A model generated the notes under the pieces. It was not told where the DNA came from. It saw nothing but the letters and a program-made list of their open reading frames with translations, and made no database searches. DNA of 64,000 nucleotides from the NCBI GenBank assembly GCA_040357565.1, contig JBDODJ010000047.1; one strand, 5' to 3'. This document shows, piece after piece, positions 26,948-39,200 of this stretch. Every line of letters starts with the position of its first letter. Position 1 is the stretch's first letter. This stretch comes from Cercozoa sp. M6MM (lineage: Eukaryota > Protista > Endomyxa: Ascetosporea). Both the position numbers and the translations under genes were made by a program.

Positions 26948-28652
26948 TTACTTGCGCTTGCCGTACTCCTTCTTCTGGACGGTCTTGATGACACCGACAG
27001 CAACCGTCTGGCGCATGTCACGCACGGCGAAGCGGCCGAGCGGCGAGTACTCCATGAACGACTCGACGCACATCGGCTTCGACGGCACGATCTGAGCGAT
27101 GGCGGCGTCGCCCGTCTTGACGAACTGCGGGTTGTCCTCGACCTTCTGGCCCGTACGCTTGTTGAGCTTCTCGAGCAGCTTGTCGAAGCGGCACGCGATG
27201 TGAGCCGTGTGGCAGTCGAGCACCGGCGTGTAGCCAGCCTGGATCTGACCCGGGTGGTTCAGGATGATGACCTGGGCCGTGAAGCTCTCGGCCTGCTTGG
27301 CCGGGTCGTTCTTGGCGTCAGAGCAGACGAAGCCACGCTTGACGTCCTTGACCGACACGTTCTTGACGTTGAAGCCAACGTTGTCACCCGGGAGGGCCTG
27401 GTCGACCTGCTCGTGGTGCATCTCGACCGACTTGACGTCCGTCACAACACCGGCCGGGGCGAAGAGCACCGACATGTTCGGCTGCACACAGGCAAACATA
27501 TTATTGATACACTAATGAGCAAGTCAGGGCAAGGGCAGCTACCTTGATGATGCCCGTCTCGACACGGCCGACCGGGACAGTGCCGATACCCGAGATCTTG
27601 TACACGTCCTGGAGCGGCAGGCGGAGCGGCTTGTCCGTCGGGCGCGTCGGCGGCGTGATGGCGTTCAGAGCCTCGAGCAGAGTCGGGCCCTTGTACCACG
27701 GCATGTTGGTCGAGCGCTCAAGCATGTTGTCGCCGTTGAAACCCGAGATCGGGATGAACGGGACCTTCTTGACCTTGTAGCCGACCTTCTGCAGGAACTT
27801 CGACAGCTCGGCCTTGATCTCGTTGTAGCGCGACTCCGAGTAGTTCGAGGTCTTGTCGTCCATCTTGTTGATGCAGACAATCATCTGCTTCACACCGAGC
27901 GTGAAGGCGAGCAGGGCGTGCTCGCGCGTCTGGCCGTTCTTGGCGTAGCCGGCCTCGAACTCACCGACCGGCGAGGCGATCATGAGGATGGCGACATCGG
28001 CCTGCGACGTGCCCGTGATCATGTTCTTGATGAAGTCACGGTGGCCCGGGGCGTCGATGATCGTGAAGTAGAACTTCTCGGTCTCGAACTTCCACAGGGC
28101 GATGTCGATGGTGATACCGCGCTCACGCTCCGACTTCAGCTTGTCAAGCACCCAGGCGTACTTGAACGAGCCCTTGCCGAGCTCGGCGGCCTCCTTCTCG
28201 AACTTCTCGATGACACGCTTGTCGATACCACCGCACTTGTAGATGAGGTGGCCCGTCGAGGTCGACTTGCCGGCATCGACGTGACCGATCACAACGAGGT
28301 TGCAGTGGATCTTCTCCTTGCCCTGCAAGGAAACAAACGTAAACAGTCGAACCACAAAACGAAAACAAAAACGGAAAACAAATGTGCGGCGGGCGCGAGC
28401 GCCACAAGCGCACGAAACCAGAGTTAGCACAGGCCAGCCGGCTTAGAAAGTGAGTGTGCCACGAGACACAAAACACAGCCCAAACACAATGCGGCCCAGT
28501 CCAACACTCAACAAAGTGTGTGGCAGCGCGCCCAGTATTGAGGTGGCACCGGCCACACGAGGCGGCCGGAAACCAAAACAACCCAGGGCGCACAAGCCGA
28601 AAGCCCACAAACAGTTCACACTAGACCAGAGTATAGCGGGCCAATGTACCAT
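26948..28652 (-). CDS. EEF1A: Translation elongation factor 1-alpha
   Basis: [53 protein letters not shown]-only first exon (28650-28652), a 327-nt intron, then one short intron; [11 protein letters not shown] lacks the opisthokont insertion. Confidence 0.98.
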
Positions 28653-29007
28653 TTTGTAGTTGTGCTTATCTTGCTGAAAACAAAAGTGTTTGGCGAGTTT
28701 TCAGGAGACGGCTTTTCTTGTTTTTCGGAGCACCCGGCGCTCCGTTCAGAAGGTTCTGTTGCCTCGTGTAGCCATATGACATTATGGCATTCAACAGCAT
28801 GCAGAGGTGTGTTAATACGATTGTACAATAGCTCTCCTAATTTTGGCTAGAGTGCCTTAGTGGAAACGTCTGGGTCAGTAGAGTTTGATCTGGTTTTCAG
28901 TCCAATTGTACAATATCAATGGAATCACAGTGGCTCGCTCGATGCCGTACTGGAGACGATTGCGGCAGCTGCTTCTGTATTTGAGTGCGTTCACCCACCC
29001 TGTTGTC

Positions 29008-30053
29008 ATGGAACCCGCGCTCGACACGGGCGATCAGCCAGCGGATTTCTCTTGTGCCAAACCGGTGCAGGAAGACGAGGAGGGCGATTGGACACACCCT
29101 GGTGTTATCCCTGCCGCTGGACGCGGGAATTCTGCCGATGGCAAGGTGCGTCACCGAGGCAATGTCCAACAATGTATTCGTCCGTGTTTGAGACCTTTGT
29201 GATCCTACGTGCTTCTGCAGGCCTGGTTGAATCCCTCGGCCAATCAGTTGCAGCGTGCCGTTCACCGACGTGAGAAGGAGCTGCCGGACCAGGACAAGCA
29301 CGTTGTCGCCAGTATCCACGGCGAGGTACGCATCATTGTCTTTCCGTGCCTTCTCTGCGTGTCTATCGCCGTGTGTCCCTTCCTAGGTGACGAGGCTAAC
29401 CTGGGACCGCATTCAGGAGTGGTATCTCACGCTCACATAACATGTTCTTGTGTTCTCGGATGGCTTTCATCTGTGGTTGCACGAAGGGAGCAGCTGCACG
29501 CCGGTGAGTGCGACAACGTCACCCTCGCGCGTTTCGAAGGCCTGTCGCACCTGCCATCTGTGAAGGCGCGCATGCTGTACCCCTGTCTTTCCTCCCTGTG
29601 CCTAGGGTTCACGGTGGTGTCTACTTTGTGTGCAGGCAGATGCTAGGTCACCCAGCTCCGTTTGATCGGCATGACTGGTTCGTCGATCGTTGCGGTCGTG
29701 AGGTGCCCCCCCCCCCTGCCTTGTTTGACCGACCTTGTTATTGTGATTACACTGTTGCTGCATTGATGTAGGTGAGGTATGTGATTGATTACTACGCGCC
29801 CTGGGGCTCACATGGCTTCCATATCGACGTGCGGCCTGCGCCGACACTCTCTGGCGTCCTGGATCGCGCACACATGATGTACCCTTGCCCACTGTTCCTC
29901 TGGGTGCATGTGACACATGCCATCATCCGCAGGGCGAGACACTGGTTCCCGAACGTGTTCGGCAAGGTGCCGCATGTCGAGTCACAGGCCTCATTCGTCG
30001 AGTCGCTTCACCAGACGCCCGACGCCTTTGCTGGCCAACGGCACGGCGAGTGA
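29008..30053 (+). CDS. HCCS: Holocytochrome c synthase (cytochrome c heme lyase)
   Basis: WLNPSANQ, IH..V...TW..I.EWE, LARFEG, PFDRHDWFVDRCG, VRYVIDYY, IDVRPA. Confidence 0.92.
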
Positions 30054-30183
30054 TTTCGTTTTCATTTTTCTCAAGCCAGACTGAGAACGGCACGGGTGTT
30101 CCTCGCCTGGCGTGCACGGTCGTCGCTCCAGCGTAGCGCAGGCGCGCACCGTCGCGTACCACTGAGTTAAACTTACTTTAACG

Positions 30184-32996
30184 CTAGCTACCTGACGATA
30201 AACTGGATGTCGTGCGATACCTCGACAACGGCGGACGGACGGACGGGCGGGGAAGATGTCCTGCCAACCCGTGGGGAACTTCAAAATGGGAGTCGGGTGG
30301 CTCTGCTCGAAGCGGGAGGGGTTGTCTACAGCTACGCGCTTGTGACCACCCAGGACAGGTACATCCAAGGCATCGGCACATGGTGCAGATGACTCGACTT
30401 CCAAAACCCTTCCTAGTCCGTGAGGCTCGCGTTTGTCGAAACGTCGGCCATCTCCTACGTGAAGTGTCAGTACAATCAGCGGACGGAATGGTATTGGACA
30501 GAAGTCACTGATTGAAGGAATGCATGGGCATACCACAATGGCAGTGAGAGGTTGCAATGCGCGTTTCACAAACAACGAAAACGTCAACAGTAGGGCGAGC
30601 GAGGCGCATCCGACGCTTACCTAACAAACCCACCGCAAGAACACCACACCGTAATACCTCAGTGGGAGAGGTGCCTGTAATACCCACTCTCGGGCGGCCC
30701 AGAGTTGAGACTCCGATGCAGCCATGCCGAATGCGAAACAGATCTCATTCACCTATTTCAGCGCATTTAAGAGAAAAGTTAAGCAAAGAGTCGTGTGTCA
30801 TCTTGAGGATACCACGACGGGAGTGCACTTTGCAAGGGCTTTGGCTGTCCTTAAAGCAGCAAATGCTGCCGAGCTGTCGCTTTCGGGAGGCCCATGCCTA
30901 ATGCGCACAGTCAAGTCCAGTCCCACCCACATCACTCAGATGCCACTGTGTAGTTTAAAATTACTCTAACGACATGACAGCAATACTCGGTTGGGTGACA
31001 CTTGCCACGATTGAGTTCGTTCTGCAACACAGTGCCCCATCATAACGTAGACACAGAGAGACAACGTATTCACTTACAGTCCGAAGGCGAAGAAGGTAGC
31101 TGCAAGAGTCCACGCCTACGCTCGAATAAAGAAGCACGCGCGCATATTGAGAAGGTATCGATTTACCAATGCGGTGCTTTGAGTGACACCCGTCTGGGCA
31201 AGTGCGATGAGAGAGATATGCAGCAACAGCGTGAGCGAAGTGCCGAGCAACAACAGCCAACGCAGGCCCTTTGCTCCTGAACATCATACGTTGTTCAGGT
31301 TGCATCTTGCAGAACTCACTGGGTGGTGTCACCAGTGATTACCAAATCGCAACTTGCATCGGTCAGACAGATGGCCAATAAGCGGCGCAAAGATGGGTGC
31401 GTAGCGTGCCGAGGCAGCATAGACTGTTTCAGACAAAATGAACTCAGCACTAAATTTAGAAGTATGGCATCATGCGTACCTGCAACGAAGGACAGCGTCG
31501 GCACGAAACCAAACTGCGCCACGAAGATCTTCTTGGCGCTCGTGTAGAGATTCCACACCTGTACTTATGAGCTCTTGCATCTCACTCTCGTCTCGACGAC
31601 ACTACTAATCGAGAGTGAAAATACAGAGAGATCGACGAGAACACCGATGGTGAAGAGAAGCCAAAATGTGATTGGAGCTCGGCAGAGTGCCAGGCAGTAG
31701 TCATCTACAAAGGGACAAGTATCTGCAGTAAGCGACCAACGCGCAAAAAAGTTGCGAACAGTGGTGGTACACATCAGTCGATAGGAGGGCCGTCGTTCCG
31801 GGGAGTCTCTCGATGGTGTCACCAACAAGTCCGATAGTGTGGTGCTTCTAAAATCAGTTTACATTCAACACAGTGGACCGATTTAAATGAAGTACGCTGA
31901 GACGATACATATCAGGTGACTCTGTGTACGACTCCCGAGGCCATTTGCTCCACCACAAAAAGGGTAGAAAGAGTGCCTGTCGTTCACACATGTCATGGTA
32001 CCGCAGACTTACACTTTAAGACAACTAAAACGCTACCGTCATTGCGCCTCCGGCAATGAGAAAGACAGAAGCACTAAATGGAGCGGACATCCCTGTAGCG
32101 AGCAGAGCGAAGAACAGTCGCTCGCTTAGCTGCAATTCAGCACCGTAAACAATAGAGACAGGAAAGCAGTGCATGCATCTTAAACTCACAGCACTGTCCA
32201 CAACCGTGGCGAAGACACAGCCGACATGAATCATGCCGAGTGCAAACGCCAACTTCGCGTGCGGCAGACGCGAGACAAACACTGCCTTCGACAGTACCTA
32301 TGTAGCACGGCACATTAATACCAACAAAGAGAAATGTTCCCTGTGGCAGAAAGCGACAAATAGTAGCACCTTGAACGAGCAGTGCGCAATGCCCTGTATA
32401 AAGCGTGCAACGACAAACAAAACGAACGACGACATTGCCGCCGCTGCCGCCTGCCCAAACCAAAAGTGAAGACACTTGTACTGGTACCGAAGCGACGGCG
32501 CCTGCTCGGATAATCTGTACCGAAGTAAGGGCGCCCACAATGCCGACCAGTACAACGAATGTCAGCGCTGCTGTGTGTCGTGCAAAAAACTTGTTCATTG
32601 CATACGCAAACAACAAGGCAAACAGCGAAGGAATGTCGAAAGCGAATGTCTACATGTGCATACGGTAGCGAACACTGGTCTTGCAGGAAAAGTTAATTGA
32701 CTACCAGAGCATACTCAAAGTCGAGGTGCTCGCGTTCAGAGCGTTTGTGTTGCGGCCAGAACACCAGAGAAGGAAGCTCTACTTGTCTACACGTAAGTTT
32801 ACACACGGTCCGTGTTTGTTCAGGTGTCATACACATTTGTTCGATCGAGATTATACAGAGTTGAAGTCGTGGACTTGGCAACCGACACGCAAAAGTATAG
32901 CAAGGTCATCGGGAGCAACAGCGAAACCCAAAGATGACGACTGTCATTGTCAGTTTGGCGACTGCTTTCACTATCAACCTCCTCTTTCCGGAGCAT
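30184..32996 (-). CDS. Major facilitator superfamily transporter, multi-exon; 3' end approximate
   Basis: Many hydrophobic exons, including FVLFVVARFIQGIAH (MFS TM4 R-x-x-x-G motif) and LAFALGM. Confidence 0.6.
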
Positions 32997-33335
32997 GATG
33001 CGAAAAGTTATGGAAACATCTACCGACAGGCGAGTTAAGCGTGGCCTTGCGACCTACAACTGCCTGACCTCGGGCATGCACGTGCGCAAAAATAGCATTA
33101 CGCTGTCAGAACAAATCGAGAAACGCTAAATCGAACGGGACCGCTACTAAGTAGAGTTGCGTTTTCTGCGCCCAGTTTCTGTTTGGGGCGTGAAATGTCT
33201 TCGGACTTTCAAATAGCCACGCCTCTGCGCCACTTCTCGTCGCGTCTTCTCGCCAAGCTGACGTCACCGCTCATTCGTCCTTCTCATTGTCACAGTCGCT
33301 TTTGGGCTCCCTGGGATATTACAAGAACGTCTCAA

Positions 33336-34290
33336 ATGAAATTGCTGTTGGTTTTGGCTGCTGTGGCGAGTTGTGGCGTGGTGGGACGCGATTTTGATCC
33401 TCGAAACTCGGAAGACATGGAGCACATGGTGGATGCTTGTACGCACACCATGATGGGCATGGCTGGTCACGGAGGCGTGCGGCATCGTGATGGTCCTATG
33501 ACAAAAGTCATTGCGCGCAGGACATGTCAGCAACTGGTTGGAACCATCGACTCGAAGGTAATTTACCACCTGATTCACTTAAGGTAGCTCTCTTCGGCAG
33601 TACAAAGTTCGTACATGTAAATTTAGTCGCACGGTAAACTGCGAAGCCTGTTGGAAGGCAAGCATGCCGAGCATACAGAGCGACTCACTTCTGAAGGCAT
33701 GCATCCGGATGAGGCCGAGCAGCAAGCCTTGCACCACATGACGCAGAGTCTGCTGGGTGGCAGCTTTGCTGATACTGTACCATTGCTTCCCGCGCCCTGT
33801 AAACTTATGTTTACGTTTCCTCATCGTTGTGTACCGTCAGATCAATGACACAGACGCACTGATTGCGTGTCAAGAGGACCCGAATTCGCCACGATGCAAG
33901 CACGAGTTGCACAAGCACACGAAGAAGGTTTTTTGACTTTTGTCTGCTTGGCAATTCCAAGGTTTGATACTTTTTGGCACTGTTTAGATGGGCGAAGAGC
34001 TACTCGGATCACCTTTAGGAGGTCAAGTTCTTGCCGAACACGCCACCGACATCTTGAGCAACATGCGAGAACTGCAGCAGCAGTTACACCTGGATCCAGA
34101 AGGCATCGCGCGCATGATGCAGCAGCAAGGCTTTGGCGGCCGGCACGCTGACACGCTCCGCAACATGGCCAAGCAGCAGCAAGATGTACCGCGACGTCGG
34201 CGTCGCCCTCTGGCTAACCGCAGTGGCCGTCATTACGGTCAGCCCTCGCCGCGTCCTTCTGGCATGTACGGCAACGACATGATGGGGTAG
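33336..34290 (+). CDS. Secreted hypothetical protein (Met/His/Gln-rich)
   Basis: Signal peptide MKLLLVLAAVASCGVVG; four exons bounded by GT-AG; TAG stop. Confidence 0.65.
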
Positions 34291-34728
34291 ACTGCTGCAA
34301 CGGTATATTGTATCATCCGCGCCACGTCAACGTGGCAGGCAGAAAACTCTGAGTTTGTTCGGTATTCGGGACTGAGTGCTGAGTGTGGTGAGCTAGACGT
34401 AGACCTTGTCATCATCAACTCAAGTAAGACAACCTAGGCAGCTACGTAGTCGAGTATCAGCAAATTCAATTCTAGTCGTTCTAGCTTTGGTCGCTTCCTT
34501 CGCTTATCAATTGCGTTTGAAACCGAACCCCCAGAATATTTACCCCGTTTACCCCTTACCCCTTTCCCCTCCTTACCCCTTTACCCGCCTTGCCCCCACC
34601 CCCCCCCTTATTCCCGAAAAGATTCTGATTTTGCCTCGGAAAAACCCCCACACCCACCTCGCCTCGAGCTTATGACAGGGTTAATAACTAGATCTGAATG
34701 GGTTTAGATAGACTCAGCTCGAGCTCCA

Positions 34729-36239
34729 TCAGCACCAGAGCTTGACGACACCGGCGCGGTCGCTCGTGAGTACCAGGCGTCGCGGGAACTCGACGGCCGC
34801 CATGTCGGTGATGACGTCCGCGTGGAAGGCGTCGGCGTAAGCCGGTCCTCGGCGCCGTCGGTCCTCCTCCACTACTCCCCATGCATACATATATATATAT
34901 ATATATATATATAGATGCAAAAAGGTAGGGCAGTGCAGTACCTTGACCCTGACAGAGCGTGACGGCGTCGCTAGCCTCGGCGCACAATTCCTCAAACACT
35001 AGGCCGCGGTCGCCCTTGAGGTAGCTGTACATGCGCACATATAGATATACGCATACAGGTAATACGTATATACACATATATACATATATATATATATATT
35101 TATGTGTGTATATATCTAGTGTTACCTATAGGACACGTGACTCATGGCACGCGGTGGCTCTCCCGACACTCGCCTGACAACAACACCAGAGTACACACAT
35201 ATACACGACGTCTGGAAGGGGGGGGGGGGGTAATGCTACCAACTGGAAGGCGACTCACGCCACTTGTTCCGCGTGCTGGATGCTGCGACACAAGACATGA
35301 GGTTACGAGAGGGCATAGGGGGGGGGGGTAAGAAAGCTACCAGCCGTGTCCGACAGCGACCAGAGACGCACGATGCGGTCGGTGCCGGCCGTCATGGCGA
35401 ACTGGTCCGGCACCCACAGGAAGCTGTCCAAGTGTGGTGTACATATACAGAAATATGTACTTGCATATACATATATATATATATGTATGTACAGCGATAA
35501 CATACATAGACACAGAGATTCATATATGGATACTTGTAAATAATGGACAGCGATTAATGTACATAGATACATAGATTCATATATGGATACATAAATATAT
35601 TTATATACATCATGTATACATACATAGACACACATAGATAGACACGCATATGCAGAAATAGGTGCATAGATACATCAATACATTTAGGCAGATACCCATT
35701 GACAGTGCCGAGTTCACGACGCGGCTTTTGCAGGTCGCTCACGATATCGCTCACCTGCAAGGGAGGAAAAAGGGTGCAGGCGAGCAAGGTGGGTAAGTGA
35801 GTAAGCACATAGCCACAAGGTAGCACTACCGAGGTAGGCACCGGCTTCTGGTTGGTCACGGTGTTGGTTCCAGCCCTGTGTGTGTACAGCACGGTACACA
35901 AAAGGACGGTACAATTAGGACAAGAAGGTGGCTACAGACAGGGTCCGTACCAGAGGCCAAAGGGACGCAGGTTGTGCATGGCTGTGTGCAGTCGCGTGAA
36001 GTTGTCGCCACCGCCGACGTCGCCGCCGAGACTGCCGCCGCCGCTGCCGTCCTTCGTCCGCGCGGACGACTCGCTGCCCTGCTGCGCCGCCTCGCTCGGC
36101 GCGCCCTGGGCCGCCCGCATCTCGCCCGCCAAGATGCGGGGGGGGGGGGGTAAACATGGGGTAAACAAGAGGGTAAGAGATGGAGGGTATACCAGCGCGC
36201 ATGTAGCGACGCGGCATGGCAGGCGCCGTGTGCGTCTCG

Positions 36240-36285
<46 letters not shown>

Positions 36286-39200
36286 NNNNNNNNNNNNNNN
36301 NNNNNNNNNNNNNNNNNNNNNNNNNNNNNNNNNNNNNNNNNNNNNNNNNNNNNNNNNNNNNNNNNNNNNNNNNNNNNNNNNNNNNGGGGGGGGGGGATAA
36401 AGGGGGTAGACACGAGCCAACGCACAGCGGAAGACGCCGCGCGCCTCGCCACTCAGCATGTCGAACACGCAGAGTTCACTCGTGCCTGCGCACGTGTCAC
36501 ACCGACTTAAGGTGGTCACTCAGTGTGTGCGATCACACTGATCACTGATTGGTCAATCAATCGGGGGTCGGAGAGATAGGAGCACCCTCGGCAGACACGA
36601 AGAGTAGCGGCGTCTCCTCCGGCGAACCCGACGCGTAGCACTGCGCCGCAAAGCCGCCCGGTCCACTGCCTGTGTCCAAACGGACGGAGTGACCGGTACA
36701 AATGGACGGACATCCATGGACATGCATGGACACACCCCTTTAACAAACAACTGTACCCGGAGCAGACGACCAGATCTTAGCGATGGGATGGCCACTCTTT
36801 ATTCTCCTGTTGCGCACGCGTCAGTCTTGCATTTTCATTACCCTTACCCTTACCCCCTCGTATACCCCGTACCAAGCATTGGCCACGACGCGGAAGCGGA
36901 GGTCCCAGAGCATCACGAAGCCGCGTGAAGTGCCGACCACTGCAACACGGGAGTTACACTCCCCTCCACCCCCCCAATTTACCCCCCAGTTCAACCCTAC
37001 CCAATAGCGACGGTGCAGGCAGACACATGCAGGTGACGTTGCCGTGCGTCGGCAGCACCTGTGCGCACTCTCGTATCTTTACCTCCTTACCCCCTCTTAC
37101 CCCTCTCACCCCCCAGAGATAAGACACCTGCAGCGCGAAGGCCGGCAGCCGCGAGCGCAGGTCAAAGGCGCGAACCACACCGCCGCGCAAAGCGACAACT
37201 GCGCACGTGTCCACCCAGTCAGTCACACGTGTCATGAGTCACACAGTCACCCAGTCAGTTGGACACGTGTGCCAAGTGTACCAAGTAGCGACTCGGACAC
37301 TGTGTGCACGTGCGCCACCTGGACGGCGCCGTCGCCACGTTCGCCCACGTTGAACTCGCTGTAGGCGGGCGGTTTTACACCCCTCTTTACCCCCTTGTTA
37401 CCCCCCCCCCGAGAATAGAACTACCGAAGCGGCGTGTGTGACATGTCGGCGTTGACTTTGAACACGTGGCAACTATACATACACACACACACACATACAC
37501 ACATACACATACATTTCCCCCCTTTACCCCCCACTCACAGCAACAGGATATACCGTCCTGTTTCGTCTGCAGCAGCCACCGACAACTACAACACATGGGA
37601 GGTAAACGGAGGGGGTAAAGGGGGTAAAGAGGGGGGTAAAACGCACCGAGGAGTCCAGCACGCACACGGTCGGCACGCGCCGCTGTCCGAAGCCTTCGTA
37701 GCGCAGGCCTGTCCAAACAGGACCGATGCATGTGTACGGACAGACGCGTCCACATGGACCAGTCCAAATACACTGGTCCGGGTGGACCGTCCAGTTATAC
37801 CATATGCACATGTGAAATAAAGGTACCAGGCGACAGACGCACCTCGTCGTCCAGTTGTCCGAGCGGCCACACGGCCACCTTGCCGTCGTCGCCCGCCGAG
37901 GCCTACAGTATCGGTCCATTTGTACCCATGTAGGTCCATCTGTACCGTCCCACCTGCATCCAGTGCGGTCCAAATGGACCAGTATATGTGTGTCTACGAT
38001 GGTAGTACCATGAAGGAATTGTCGCGCGACACCGCCATCTGCCAGATCGCCGCGTCGCCTGTCCGGGAAGGAGGGGGTGGAGGGGTGGGGAGGGTATGGG
38101 GGTAGAGTCTACCATGACCACGCAACTCGGCATACAGCGTCGACTGAGGTCGCCTGTACAAAAAGCAGAGTGCAGACATAGATGGGATGGCTACACCTTA
38201 GCCTAGTTAAAGGGGACACAGGTAGGACGGTCCGTATGTACCAGTCACTGAGCGGAACGTCCTGCGACTCCGAGGACGACTCGCCGTCCGCCGCGCCCTC
38301 CACAATGTTCGAGATCGCCGCCGCACTCGCGCGGAAGTGCTGTCCGAATGGGGGGGGGGGGGGAAAGGGGGTACCCGGGGGGGGGGGGTAGAGGGGGTAG
38401 AATACTACCGGACCAAGCTGCGCCGCCTTACTCTCGCTCCTGCAACACACATGCATGTGTATGACCACAGAGTGATCAGCCCAGTGAGCACGTGCGTCCA
38501 AAGTGACCACCCCCAGTGAGACCACCCCAGTGAGCACATGTGTCCAGAGTGACTGAGGTAGGTAGGTACGGGTAGGGCGGCGCGTGGTTGCGGTAGAAGG
38601 CACTCCACGACATGTGCGACACCGAGATCTTCCCGAGGTCCTCTGCCGCCGACCTGGGGGGGGGGGGGGGGGGGGAAGGGGGTGTGGGGGGGGGAGGGGA
38701 GGGTACACAGCGCCCAGCGCCAACTGCAGCGCCGGCTGCATTTTTTTGAGCGACACTTCCGTCGATCGAACGCGACTGCACTGGAGGTCCGGGACACCTG
38801 TCCAAACGTACCCGTCTCAATACTCGGTACAAATGGACACCTCATGCTTTTTGGTTTTTTAAGGCTGCGTACCACACGCCAGTGCCTCCTGAAGCGCGTC
38901 CTTCCGGATCGACATCGGTGTCTGCGTAGGGGGTAAGAAGTAGGAAGTAAGAAGTAGGAAGTAAGAAGTAGGAAGTAAGAAGTAGGAAGGTGGGGAAGGG
39001 GGAGGGGTAAAGCTCTGTACCGAGTCGTTGGCAGGCGTCAGTGCGAGTGCCAGATCCTTGCCTACAAGGGGGTGTATAGGGGTATCGGGGTATGGGGGTA
39101 TATGGGTATGGGGTAAAACTCTACCCGAGGCCAGGAAGGCCTTCTTGCCGCGCAGAATTCGAATCGCGTGAGACAGAGGCACGCCCTGTGGGGTCACACA

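Noticed and set aside
27918-28427. Long antisense ORFs over EF-1alpha and IDH3, and poly-CV/HT/PYP ORFs in the ORF track
   Set aside because: Products of codon bias or of intronic microsatellites.
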